Source: Vicugna vicugna
Lineage: Eukaryota
Direction: 5' to 3'
Assembly (NCBI GenBank): GCA_013265495.1
Contig: MU062317.1
Span: 930,001-994,000, forward strand
DNA: 64,000 nt
This document shows, piece by piece, positions 1 to 13,270 of this stretch; position 1 is the first letter of the stretch, and each line of letters starts with the position of its first letter. A program made the position numbers and the translations under genes. The notes below the pieces were generated by a model that was not told where the DNA came from, made no database searches, and saw only the letters and a list, made by a program, of their open reading frames with translations.

Positions 1-1044
1 GGCTGCGGACCCCACGCAGCCTGCCCCCTCAGGAAGGATCTACACCCAGCTGGGCTGTGTCCTCTCGCGGGCCCAGGGAGCTCCCACCACGGCTCCCAGG
101 CCGCGCCACGTCCAGCTCCTCAGCCCCTGCCCGCGGCCCCTCTGGGAGGACACACTTGTTAAAGAATGCTTCTCGGGCTGAGTCTCCGACCGGATGGGAG
201 TCCTACCATGGCGGCCACTGTCCCTGGTGTAAATGTGGCAGTGACGTGGTGATGGCGCAGGACGATGGCAACGGGCAGTCCTTCTGGGGGGCACAGGGGG
301 TGCGTCCAGGCCCCGCGAAGGCGTGTCCCCGCACTGTCCCACCACAGCCCTGTCCGGGTGACTGCTGCCACCAGGCCGGCTTTACAGACGGGAAGCGGAG
401 GCTCGGGAGTCGGAGGGACGGGGCGAAGGTCAAAGAGCTGCTGGGTGTCCCATGTCCCGGCCTCCTGACTCTGGAGGCCCCGGGAGGCCGCTAGGGGTGC
501 ATCCGGTGGAAAGAAGCCACATGCCAACCCTCCTGACCGGGACTCGCACCTGAGCCCTGGCCAGACCCACCCAGGCGAGGGCCCTCCCCTGGCCAGGCCG
601 GGCGGGCTGGGTGCCGGTCCCGCTGGCAGCTCTGCCAGGGACCGTGAGGGCAGCGTCACCGGCCGGGCCCACTCTGGCTCCCAAAGCAAAGGCTCCAACG
701 GTGTTGACACAAACTCTTGAGCTCTCAACTGGGAGCGGGGAATATTTATTTATTTTTTGCATTAAAAAAAAAAACCCTCAGCCTGGCTGTGTTTGAGCTA
801 CAGAAATGATTTTTTTGAAAGGCGCCTTGGACAGTGTTTTTAGCTTTTGTGCCTAAACAGATCCTTCTCAGTTCTTTCAAGTGAGATCTTACCCAATGAA
901 TGCAGACTCTCTTTTGACTCCTAAGAAAAATATTTACACAGTCAAGTACGGCACGAAAAAGGACCCAGGCTCCTTCAGAGGGCCCGTCCTGAAACGCACA
1001 GAGGTCTCCACACGCTGTTGACATTCCCAGCCCAACATCTTCGC

Positions 1045-1110
1045 CTGCCCTCCCTCCCCGCCCCGCCCCTCCCCAGCCCCTCCCCGCCCCTCCCCTCCTG
1101 GCCCCCCAGG
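1045..1110 (-). other. G-quadruplex-capable G-tract cluster (C-rich on plus)
   Basis: ccctccctccccgccccgcccctccccagcccctccccgcccctcccc gives many G3+ runs with short loops on the minus strand. Confidence 0.55.
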
Positions 1111-4100
1111 CATCGCCCAAGCCTCCTGCCTGGGACCCCGAAGTCAGGGTTCATGCTCCTTCCTAGGAGCCCACCCGGGGTCCCACGGAAGGAAGCAGAC
1201 CTGCGTGAGGGACAGCCACGTCCCAGCTTCCCAGCTTTTTCTTTGGTCGACGAGAAGCCGCAGGTCACTCGGCCTCCAGGGCCCCGTGCAAGGTTGTTAT
1301 CTAGACTCACCCCTGCTTCTCCCAGATGCTCCCCGCTAGACCTCCACCCTGGGAGCAGGCGCTTCTGTCTCTCTTGACCCCTGGGGGTGAGGCTACAGGA
1401 GCTAACGAGGTGCAGACGGCTTTTCTGGCCAGCACGGCCCTGCCCGGACACAGCTCACCGGGCACGGTTTGCCTGTGGACGGACGTGCCGAGAACACTGT
1501 GTCCGCTGGTTGCTCTCGGCGTGGCACGCGCCCCTTGGCTGGACACCCTGCCCGGCCCGGGGGTGCGGGTGCCCGCACCGGTCCTTCTGCAGAGTGAACG
1601 GCGGAGTGAATGAACGGATTCCTGCCCCCGAGGCTTCTCCCAGGGTTTCCGGCCCTGTCTGTCCCAGGCCTCCTGCCCAGCCTCGTTCCAGAAGCAGCCT
1701 TTGAGCGCCCTTTGCCTGCACTGCTCCATGAAAGGTGCCTTGAAGCTGTGCTGACTCCGGTATCAGCTGCTTCAAACCCGCCCGCTCCTTCAGCAACACG
1801 ACCACGAACACAGAAGGGGCCCCACAGACTCCGGCTGAGACCACGGAGCAAGGGGTCTGGGAGCTTCTGGGAGCGGGAGTGCCGAAGCAGGAAGTGGGGG
1901 TGGAGGTGGGCAGAGGTGGGGTGGGGGCTGGGGAGCCGGCCCAGAAGACGGAAGAGACAGGCGGGTTTGGAAAGGCCCCCAGGGCCCAGCGGGGCATCCT
2001 CATGGGCTGGGAGGGGTTCGATTTGCCTCTGAGGGTGAGCAGGGATGCTGGTGCTGGCAAGATGGGAGGGTGGGGGCCAGTGGGGAGCAGGGGAGGAAGG
2101 AGGGCCTGCAGGACATGGCGGGGCAGGGCAGCCTCATGTAAGCCCTGGTCCCCAGCTGGCTGGAGTCAGGGGTCCGCCCTGCGGAGAACACGGGCGTCTC
2201 CCCTGTTGGCCCGCGTGCCGGTGCGCACGGTGGGCCCTGGGGGCAGGGCTCAGGCTGTGGCCCTGGTTCCCCGCCATCAGCTGGGGAGCTGTCAGAGGTC
2301 GCCCAGGGAACAACGCTGAGGTGTCGGAGGACAGAGGGCCAGGTGGGCGCTGCTCCGGGTGCTGGGCTCACGTGAAGCACCAAAACCCGGGACAAGTCTG
2401 TGAGGACGGGCGGGCGTCGCCGTTTACAGGTGAGAGAGGCGCAGAGAGGGAGCACAGCCTCCCACCGCACCCCGCTGGCATCCTCTGAGGCTGCTGGCCC
2501 TCGGGGACCGTGGTGAGCGGGGCCGGCGGGGCAGGGGCACAGATCGGGGCAGGCCTGTCAGCCCCTTTGCCAAGGAGAGACTGAAGGCAGCGCAGGTGTG
2601 GGCCTGCCTGGCCTCCGAGGCCGGTCACCCAGGCACCTGATGGAACAGAGTTCTCGCTGCAACCGTGCATGCGTCTTGCTGACAAAGGATGCCGGGAAAT
2701 AAGGGCCATGCCAACAGCCTGGGGCTCCCCAGCTTCCCCCAACCCACAAGCCACCTGGTTAACAGCTCAGAGCCTTAGCCGACCTCATCGCCAGTGCCCC
2801 CAGCAGACGGCAAGTCCCCGTCCTTGACCCGGGGCCACAGGCTCCTCAGAGCTGTCTGGGTGGGGGTCCCACTTCTTACCCCCACCAGCTCCCGGCCTGG
2901 GCCGCAGCCCACCCAGGCTGCTCTGGGGCTGCGCCACAGGCGACAGGAAGGCACAGTGGTGGCCCCCTCAGCCTGCCCCCGCAGTGACCTCGCCCTTCCC
3001 CTGTGTCTGATCCCATGGGGATAGGAGCGGGCTTGAGGACAGCGCTTGGGCTGGCCACCCTCCCTGGGGGTGGCAGCTGTCTGGGGGGTTGTCTGCAAGG
3101 ATCCCCTCTCCCTGCCCACCCCCCGAGCGATCCTTTTCAAGAGAGAAGAGAGTGCCGGCCACCCCAGCTCTGACGAACTCCCACACACACTGGGCAGCTC
3201 CAGGTCTCAGAGCCCCTGCACCCAAAAGACACTGCTCAGTCCTTCCTGAGCGCTTTCTGAGTGGGGTGTCCTGGGTCCAGCCCTGACCCGGCCTGGGAGC
3301 CTCTGCCCTCCTAGATTGGTCCCAGTGGGGGGCTCCGTGTCCAGCTGAGCTCCCGGGCACAGGACAGCAGCCTGGTGGCCCAGACCGGTGAGGGAGCGCC
3401 GCCAGGTCCACGCGTACATCGGCAGCCTGGCACGGGCCCCCCCGCCCCTCCCCTGCCGGCGGCGAGCTGAAGACTGAGCCCTGGACGGCACCCGCAGATC
3501 CTTGTCCTGGGAGATGCGTGTCCAGGGTCGCACCTGGCCTTGGTGGCCAGCTTCCTCCTCCTGCTTCCGGAAGATTGATGTCCCCAAAGGGAGTGCTTGT
3601 AAATCAGAAGAGCAGGGTGACACGTGGCGGGTCCAGTCAATGACTTGTGACAAGCTATAACTTTCCGCCTTAGAAGGGGAGCGACTGGTGCATCCGGGGC
3701 CGCGCAGTAGCCAGTCCCAGGCACGGGACACGCCCGCCCCGGAAGCCGGGGGAGCTCTGCAGAGCTGGCTGTTTCTGGGGCTGGTGCCAGAGTCCCCTTC
3801 TGAGGGTCTGGGTGCGAGGGGAGGACGCCAAGGGCTGGAAGGCACCGTGAGTACTCGGGAGGTCTCAGCCCTGCAGAAGGGTCCCGGGGGCCGACCCAGC
3901 GGAAACGCCACATTTTCTGGGCTGCGAACTTGGTGTTGAAAGTTGGTGAGCCTGGCAAGACTCCCAGGGACATAACCCACTGCCCCCCGTCTCCTTGCCT
4001 CCTGCCCTCCGGGTGTCTGCGCCCCAGGCTAGAGATCAGACACCGATGTCTGACGGGCACAGGGCTCACCGTCTCCTTTGGGGTCGCACAGCCTGGGGGA

Positions 4101-5122
4101 GGACGTGTGGGGGCTACCCCTCCTGATCCCTGATGCCAGAAGGCCACCCCTCCTGCATGTCCTGCACCAGCGCCCTGGACACAGGGGTGCAGCGTCCCCA
4201 CTGCCAGGCACTGTCTGGGCTGGAGCACAGAATGGCCTCCGTCCCAGGAACCCAGGTGACAGGCACCCGGGCCGGCCCAGAGGAGGATGCGTCAGGGATG
4301 AGACCCCGGAAGGGAAAATCACAACAGTCACCAGTCCCCCCAGGTGCCCGTTCCGGGTCCCATCTAGAGTCCGGCACACCCCCGGGGCACCAGGTGCGCT
4401 AACGGGGGATGCGGGAAGCCCCCCAGCCAAGGGGGAGCCCTCGTGAGAGCTCCGGAGAACTGAGGGCTCCTGGCTCTGCCAGGACAAATAAAGGGGGCTG
4501 ACAGGTCCATGTCCCCGCTCTCCAGCAGCCACTCGGGGGCTGGAGAGAGGACGGCCTTAACACGCGCTCGCTGGGTTTCCTAGAACGTCTTTCATGTTCC
4601 GAAAGCCGTGTGTCCCTGTGCAGCCAACCCTTCTGCGGCCCCAGAACGTGGCTCATTCATCGCAAGTGTCAGCCGCACGTGGGACCAACTTCCCTGCCGT
4701 CCTCATGCCGGGGGACTCCTGCGGGCCGTGCGTGATGGCTCCTGGACCTTCAGACCGCCCCGGACACAGACCCCCCGGACACCTTGACGACAGCCGGTCC
4801 AGAGAAGCTGCTCCCGGGACCCTGCAGCCTGGTGCCTTTGCACCTCGGTGTCTCCCAAGGGGGGAAATAAATCACAGGTCAGTTAGTGGTTCTACACACA
4901 CATTTGTCTTTCATGCTCAGCCCTTTCTCGTTACAGAAATAACCTGCACATTGACAGAATCATATTAATGCACTTCACCTTGACCCGGCTCATCGATAAC
5001 TTGTTTGTTAAGATGATCCTTAATAAGCATAAGTGAATAAGAAGGGGTCATAGATCTCCAGCCAAGGCTGCTTGCCTCACACGCGTCTGAAAGCCCAGAG
5101 ACCCACGGGGGGCGGAGGCGGG

Positions 5123-5147
5123 GTGTGTGTGTGCGCGCGCGCGCGCG
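5123..5147. repeat. (GT)5(GC)7G microsatellite, Z-DNA prone
   Basis: gtgtgtgtgtgcgcgcgcgcgcgcg, read directly. Confidence 0.9.
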
Positions 5148-5642
5148 ACTGGGCTGAGGCTGGAACCTGACCCCCTCCACCCCCCAACCCCCCGGGACTC
5201 GGGCTCTTCCTGGGCTGAGTTCCCACCGCCACCTCTGGGGTTTGGGGTAACCTTTAACAACCTGAAGGTGGAGGGTCAGAGATCGTGCCCCTGCGTTTCA
5301 ATGCAGAGGTGAATGTGAATTCTCTTCACAATGTGAGCGGCACTTTCCAGGGACAGAGAAGTGACACAAAGTGAAAAGGCACAACCAGTGGTCACTGTGC
5401 CTGTGGGGCAACGCCCTGGGGGACCGGGGCCTTTCCGATAAAATTCTGGCCTCTGGTTCTCATCTTTCCTTTATGCCACCTACTCCCTCTGCAGGTATTA
5501 GCTGGCTCTCACTTCGGGGGTCTGCTCATGTGCAAGCCGGTGAAGCCAGAGATACACTGTTTCCACTTCTGGTTACAATAAATCAGCAATGACCATGGTG
5601 CCAGTGACTGTCAGCCCTGCCGAAGTCTCCTCTGAGTCATTG

Positions 5643-5760
5643 CATTCAGCTCACGATAACCTTCTAGTAATCCCCACTTGCCCTCCGGAACGCCGAGCTC
5701 AGAGAGGTTGAGTTACTCATCCAGCGGCACACAGCTGGGAAGTGGCAGAGCCGGGACTCC
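5643..5760 (+). mobile_element. MIR SINE fragment
   Basis: gctcagagaggttgagttactcatccagcggcacacagctgggaagtggcagagccggga matches the MIR core. Confidence 0.75.
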
Positions 5761-8696
5761 CGTGGGTCCGTGCCCTGAGGCGTCAGGTCACGCAGCCTCC
5801 CCAGAACTGGTTCCGTTTGGAGCATCGAGCGGGGCCGGGGGAGGGGGGAGGGCGGCGAGGGGGCTGGAGGGAAAGACGAGGGAAAGGAGCTGTGCTGTCT
5901 CCCACAAGGAATGTTTCCAATCTTCAGGGAGGAGACAGTGCGGCAGAGCTGAGCGCACAGGCTTTGGTCACAGCTGCCCTGCTAACTCGGGACCACCGTG
6001 CGTGGGGGCGGTGAGGGGCAGAGGGCCCTGAACAAGACCGCACACTTTCCTAATGGGACCCAATTACAGCAACAGCTGTGCCGAGGAATTCCGTGCTGAT
6101 CCGCTGTGGAAAATGGGCAGCTTTGGAATCTTGCAGCCTCCATGCCCCGGCATCTGGTGCCAGAGCGCCCTTCTGAGGGTTTGGGTTCAAGAGGAGAGCA
6201 GCCCCTGCAGCCAGAAGCCCCGGGGGCCCGGACTGGCTCTCGGGGTGGGGGGCAGGTTGAACCCGCGAAGCTTGGCCGGCCCACCCACCCCTACTCCGCC
6301 TCGGATTCCCAAGCAAACTCCGTGGGCCGCCTCCTGCCTTTCCAGCTCAGGGGCAGTCACGTTGACAACGCAGCCGAGGGACTTCCCAGGCTCGGGCACG
6401 CCCCGGGCTGCCTGCCCGGGGGACGCTTCTCGGGGCTTCCTGGCTGACACGGGGCGTCGGCGGGACCCTCCTCGCTCAGGGGCCCTCACAGGGCAGCACA
6501 GAGAACCCCGGCTCACGGCCGCCTTGGCGAACCCATGCACCCTTGCTAGCCAGCCTCGACTCCCTTATCTGCAAACTGGCGGCAAACGCATTGGAACAGA
6601 GGCGGCGCCCGCACTGCCCACAGCGACCTAGCGACAAGGGAGATGAGAAAGGGCGTGGGACCCAGGCTGCTTCCCAAGAACACAGGGCTGCTGCTGCTGC
6701 TGCGAGGAGGCTCAGCCGCAAAGCCCTTGTGGAGGGCGGGGGTAGCCTCGTGGGCAGAGGGCCCCCGGCGGCCTGGGCTCTGGCCCCTGGCAGGGTCGGC
6801 GGGGCAGATCCAGCCTGTGGCCGGTGTCCGTTCAGCTCGTGAGGTAAGAGAGCCATTCTATGTTTAAAGGATTGTGAAAGTAAACCCACAGACAGCCGGC
6901 CATGTTCACTGCCCGGTCCTTTGCAGAAGCACGTTGCCCCCTGGCCCAGGGCAGACACTGCCGCCCGGAGGGAGGAGGGAGGAGACCTCGTGTCCTCGGA
7001 GGTGCGGGCACGAGGCTTCCGAGTGCGCGGTCAGCACGGAGGCTGGGGCGGGCAGAGACGGCTCCCCTGTCCCAGGGCAGCTTTGCTCAGCAGCCAAGAG
7101 ATGCGGGGCGGCCAGCGAGCCGGGTTCCCAAGAACACCTGATCCTGCGAGCAGCTGCAGCGCCGCGCCCAGCCCACCGCCTGGAGCGCATTCTCAGCTGC
7201 AGCCTCCTGCCAGGAAGAGACGGTGTGAAATTGGAAAGCAGTTTGAAACCACCCTGTTCCTTGTCTCTCTCTCTCTTTTTTCCTGTTTGTCTTGCTTAAA
7301 ACTGTCACGAAGAAAATCTCCAGACACCCACTGGACCTTCTACCTCGAGCCCCTCGACGTCCCTGGATGCTCGGCCTCCCTGGAGATGGGGTGGGTCCCT
7401 TCCCAGGGCGGGGCCGGTGGCCGGGAGGGTCTGGCCCGCTGAGGTTCTGCCTGGGGGGCCGTGGGAGTGTGGGTGGGGGACACATCTTCATGACACTGCA
7501 GGCCGTTCCGGGGGCGCTCTTGCCGCTGCCTTTGGGAGAGCCGCCTGGACCCCCGGGGAGCGGGACTGTCGGTGGAGTTTCAGCTCTCAAGACCCTCCGC
7601 TGGGGAGCGTGGTGCCCGACACTGCCCTCCGCTAATTTCACTTTCTGACGACACTGCCGGGACCCAGGGATCCCCATCAGCTGCAGGGAGATGTGCCTGC
7701 CCCACCTCAGGCCACAGTGACACCCCCAGAAGTGCAGAGAACTGCTCACCAACGAAACGCAGACCCCAAAGCACCTGCTCACTGTCCTGACTTCTGCACA
7801 GAGCGCGATTTTATTCCGCTTCCCCTCTTTCTAACGAGTCACTGGCATGCACGAGGGTCATGTCGCTGCAGAAGACCACAGCTCCCCCCCCCACCCCGGT
7901 GGGCTGGGAACCGAGGTCTGGACCCCACTGCTCTCCTCGGGGCCTGCGTCCGGCAGTGGAAAGTCTCCGACAAGGGCATGAGACGTGTGCCCTTCCTCTC
8001 TGCGGTCCTGGCGGCAAGCGGGGGCCTCTGTGATCCTTCTCGGGTTTTCCTGCTAGAAGTCAGAAGGGGCCGCTGGAACCCAGTCCACAGACCCTAGGGG
8101 GTGAGGTGGGAACACGCTCCCACCAGCCAGGGACCTGCAGCAGGAGTGGCCACTTGGGCCACACTGCCGGGGAGGGTGACACTCTGATGCTCTCCAGCCG
8201 TGTGGCGTGCCTGTCAGTGTAACATGACAAGGTCACCGTCTGCCTGCGGATGGACTCAGAAAAATGACCCCCACTAGTGTAGGGGGGCAGAGGGGGCCCA
8301 GGGAGCATGTGCCCCCCCCGGGGCCGTCCGGGGGTCTGGGAGGGCCCCCGGGGCCCGCTCAGGCTGCGTGCTTCTCCGGGCCTGCCCCACGACTCCTGAG
8401 CGGGTCTGCGGGCCGTCGGCGCCATGGGAGGCGCTGTCCACGCAGCCCGTGCCTGGGAGAATGCGGCCTCGGGGAGGCGCTGCCTGCGCTCACAGAGTGC
8501 TCTTGGACACGATCAGATTTCTAGGACTCTATTCCTGGAGCTGAGAGATCTTGTTCAGCAACGTAATTTATTTGTTTTTTCCAAAAGCTGAGAAGAGAGC
8601 TGAGGTCGGCCAGGCTATGAACCACAGAAGGTCTGCAGGAGGACTTCCCGTGGGGCTGGGGGCGGTCCAGAGTGTCCCATACCCGGAGGGCGGGGG

Positions 8697-8842
8697 GACA
8701 GAGACAGAGACGGGGAGACAGAAAGAGACAGAGAGAGACGGGGGAGACAGAGACAGTGAAAATGGGGGAGGGAAAGACAGAGACAGAGAGGGACGTGGGG
8801 GTCAGTGACAGGGAGGGGAAGGGCGGGGAGAAACGGAGGGGG
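8697..8842. repeat. Purine-rich (GAGACA/GA)n low-complexity tract
   Basis: gagacagagacggggagacagaaagagacagagagagacg... Confidence 0.85.
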
Positions 8843-10234
8843 ACCATGAGCAGCCTGAGGAGGACCCTCTGGTGGGGGCCCCGGAGAGCTGGGGAGAGCA
8901 GGGGTGGGTGGGGCTCAGGGACAGAGACCCGGCCCGACGGAAATCAGCAGGACTGTGTTGGCCGCGGGCTTGAGTTCAAGGACAAGGTTCACACCTGGAC
9001 GTCTCGGTGGCCTGCAGCCAGGCCAGCACCCGACCCTAAGCACTGGGGAAAAACCTCGAGGCGACCCCGGGCTGGCTGCTGGTTCCTGTCCGGGACGCGG
9101 GAGGCGTGCAGGTCCGCCCCTCCACGCCCTCCACGGCTGGATGTCTTGTTTGGTCTAATGGTCTGGATTTCGGCACATTCGTGAACGTAACAGAGTCCTC
9201 CCGGTGGGGAATGCCCTGGGTTTGCAGAGTCACCCGGCGGAAGGAGACAGGAGCCCTCTGGCCCTTTCCCCCCCCAGCTCCACACCTGAGGCCTCTCGTC
9301 TACGGAGGAGACACACTTGCGTGCCCTCGCCGGTTCACTTTCCCCTAGAAGCCCCGTGGTCTCCAGGCTTCCGCGCCAGGAAGAGCCCCTCAGACCTGGA
9401 CAGACCCTCCCTCGGGGCTCCTCAGAAGAGGGGGTCCCTGTGGATTAAACCGGTGCTGCCTCCTGGCTGCTGAGTCTTGTCCGGTTTTCCTCTAAGAGGA
9501 AAAGCTTTTACTTGGATGAAACAGTAACATTTGGGACACGGCAGAGAGGCCACATCTCGAAACAGAGGAATGAACGTGACTGCTGGGGTGCCTGTGGGTG
9601 CTGGAGCCAGAAAGGGGGTGCCGGCTGCAAAGCTCCCTGCAGACCAGCACTGCCCTCTCCGAGCCCCCATGCGGGGAGCCAGCGGGCTCCGGAAACGCAG
9701 CCAGCGAGGGAATTCGGTCTTTGCGTTTCACCAGCCAGGCCCCGGAGCCGGGCCCTGAGTCCCACACCCTGGGTCTGATTCCAGGCCCACAGCTCCTGAC
9801 TCCAGACTTCGGACATCGGCCGAGAGCGGGAGCCGCAGCGCCCGGCCATGGTCACGGCCCTGCTCTCCGGGCTGTCCCCGGTCTGCCGCTCCGAGCACCT
9901 CCACTCAGCAGCGCCTGCCTGGGAGACACCACAATCTTTTTACCCAATTTTCCAGCTGAGTTGACTGAGGTCTGTGAAGGTCGGGGAGCTTGCCCGGGGT
10001 CACTGAATAACACAGCTAAGCCTCTAGCCTCAGGACAAGGATGCAGAACTCTGGTTCCTGTTCCTAATCGCTTAACCAAAGGCTCTTTCATAAATAATAG
10101 AAATCACAGGGCTTCGCTTTCCGTTAGAGGGTGAACTGACTCCCCAAACCGCCACCGGGGCCGCGGGCACGCACCGCCAGGCCCTTGCCGAGCAGCGGGG
10201 AGACCCGGGTCCGCGGCCCTGCTGGCTCCCGCGA

Positions 10235-10525
10235 AGGCATTAATTTGCACCAGCCGTCCAGGGACCTGGGAAGAGTCCGACCGTCAGCGCAGGCGACCGT
10301 GGCTGACTAGTCACCGCTGACAGTTATTAGCCTATTATTAAACGTATGAATCGCCTCTTTCATGCCACAGGCCTACCCGTAAAGTGCTTTATTAATGAAC
10401 ATTAACCAATCCAATTAGCAAAAGACACTGTTTTTGTGTAATTAGTAATTTGAGGCTTTGTTCCGTCCTGGTCTTAAAGAGACAAGGCGCTGGGTGTTGA
10501 TTACTGCAATGCTGTACAATTAAGA
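10235..10525. promoter_or_regulatory. Candidate conserved non-coding enhancer, homeobox-rich
   Basis: AT-rich island in a GC-rich background with many TAAT/ATTA cores, TAATTTGC, TAATTA and TGACAG. Confidence 0.5.
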
Positions 10526-12845
10526 GAAGTGGTCGGGGCTCAGCCGGGGACCTTCTCCACCCCTGGGGTCCCAGGAAGGCACCCGGCCCTTGGAAGACCC
10601 GTGGGGGTTGGTGTTTCTGGCGTTTAAGCGTCTCCAATTGCTTCCTCTCCCATCCAAGCTCCTCTCTGCAGTTGGCATGGCCTTCACCATCAGGAAGGGG
10701 AAATATTTATTTTTATTATAAATTTAGAGGCCAAGCAGTAAGGAACCTTGTTATTAAACACTCCAAGCCCAGTTCTGCCGAAAAGCCCAGAATCCAACTT
10801 TGAGTATTGACTGCAAGTTTTTTTTCTCATCGGATGCCAAGAGGAACACTGTGGGGAGAGCTGTGTCGGGGGCGGCCGTAGTGGTCAGCTGTTCTGTTTA
10901 CATCTCTGAGCGAGCAGTTAGGTCTCAGAGACTCGGAGACAGATGTTTAGATAAGAGCTGGATGCTGTGTGTGTGCACAGCACACCCGGCTCAAGAACCA
11001 GGCTCGCGTCCCGCCTGAAGGATCGCGCTGAGTGGGGCTCACCAAGAAGGCCCCGTGTTGGAAGTGCCTGGGGCACTTCGACGCTCTCTCCCTGGAAGCC
11101 CCAAACTTTACTGTTTGTAGAACTGCAGAGCAAGCTCCGTGAATCTGAGTAAATTCCTCACTAGCTCGTCTTTGATGTGTATTTATTTTTCAGGAGCTTC
11201 AGAGAATTCGTGACCAGGGGCTCCTCACAGCGTCTCTCTGCCGAGCACCATGGAGCTCTGGACGGGAAGGAAGATGCCCTCTGCCTCCCCTCCTGGCTCC
11301 TGAGCCACCTGAAGGGGGAAGCTGGTGTTCTTCACCAAAGCATCCTCGAACCTGCCTACCTGCCAGGCACCGCCCACACTCCGCAGGGCGAGCTGGCCCG
11401 AAAGTAGTCACAGCAGGGACCCGAGGCTGGATATCCCTTCACCCCTGGGGCACAGATAGGGCAACCCCCCCGCATCGAGTTCCACTCGTCCCTACAGAGG
11501 CGAAGATCACCGCGCAGCGCCCGGTGTCTGCGGTGCCCACGCGTCCAGCTGCTCCAGGAGCCCCGTCTGCTGAGCTGACACTGCTGGGCGGGGAGCTGGA
11601 TTTCCCGCTTGCAACCCAGACGGTCGGGCAGCGACCAGACCTCCCTGACTTCATTCCAGAGCCCACTTGAGATGGACGAGGCTTTTTTCTACTCCTGCGT
11701 AGGATTCTCATGGCTTTTCCCCCGCCCCATTCCACCTCAGAACAGAGTTAGAATGCTGTTCAAGTCTCAAAGGCTCATGACTTTTCTGATCGTCTTTGCT
11801 TTTATTCTCTGCTGCGAGCTCGCGTGTGGGCGCACACACACGCACACACATGCACACGTACCGCCTGCGCATCACAGTCAGGGGGGGATGAGTCTGTTGG
11901 GCGCTCACAGAAGGCAGGGCAGACGAGGAGACCTGGGTGCAAACATCACAGAAACCTCTTCAAAATATTTGGGTTTGTCAAAATCCCAAACCGCCGTTGC
12001 CAGGCACTTTTCCCGCTAGTGTTTGAGCCCGCGGGTCTTTTAAAGGAAATGAAATCCGTGTGTTTCTGATTTATTTATACTTAACTCATCAAAATGCTGT
12101 TTTAAAGAGCTATTTTGTGTCCAAAATGCCCTTTATGCCTTTTTTCCCTTCCAAACGAAAAGCCGTATTTTGCCAAGTGCACATGACCTTAAACGCTAAC
12201 ATTTTCAAGGCTCTTTCGAAAATCAAGCTCGGAAAGTCCAAACAGGCCTGAACCGGAACCTGCGTCCCCTCCCCCTCCAGGAGGGGCCCGGCACTGGACG
12301 AGAAGGCGACGCCCTCGGCCCCCTGCGCTTAGCTCCGCGGCTCTGACCCAGGCAGCGGCCCACCTGCCTCCCCACTGGAGCCCCCACGGCGCTGTGTCCT
12401 ATGGGAAGCGAGCAGATTCCCCAGAGACGAGGAACCCCAGGCCTGGGGTTTAGGGGCCCTCCCAGAGCTCGGGCTGGATGGACCCGGTGTCCCCTCGGGC
12501 GTCCCCCTTGCCCGAGGACGGGGCTCTCTTCCCAGGGCGGGGTGCTCCTTCCTGGCCTGCGGAGCCCAGGGCCCTTTTACCCCGAGGCCGGCCTGACCCC
12601 TCTGCCCCACCGGCCTCCTTGGGATTAGCCAGATAAGCTTGCGCTTCTGCTGCGGGTTTAAACCACTTCAGACCAGGAAAATGTTTCCTCTCCACTCAGA
12701 GAGGGAAAGGGTGGCGGCGGCAGCAGCCCCAAGCACGTGCAGGCGGGGCGGGGACGGAGCCCACTGGCAGGCTGGGTCACTCGCAGAGGGACGGGCTAAG
12801 CCCTCCAGAGGGGCGCACGAGCGCGGCACCGGCAGCGCTGCAGCC

Positions 12846-13270
12846 TGACCCCTGACCCGGGGCTCCAGTGAGCCGCTTTGGGGTGTGATATTTATTTCTG
12901 GCCGATCTCATGCGATGGAGTTCAATTATGAATCTGATTGCTTTTTTGTGCACGATATAAAATCCTTTATCCTCACGGCATTTAATTGTGTTCCCTGGCA
13001 GGTTTGGTATTCATCACGGCCCTGCTGTCCCCGGCCCCAAAGATAAACCATCCAAGGGGCAATAAACGTCCACCCTGATTATTGATGCTTTCAGGGAAAT
13101 TGATTATCTATTCGAGGGGCAGAGCTGGCGGATGTATTACTGCCTCTTTCCCTCACACGAGAGCTTCCCCGAAAGACAAATCTCTTGATTGGCGCAATGG
13201 ATTTTCTATTATATTTAACATTTTCCAAAGTGACACCCTTTTATCTTAATATTTGGAAAAGGGAGAACAG
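12846..13270. promoter_or_regulatory. Candidate conserved non-coding enhancer
   Basis: A ~400-bp non-repetitive AT-rich island with GATA, GCAATAAA and TAAT motifs, and a DR1-type site at its edge. Confidence 0.5.
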
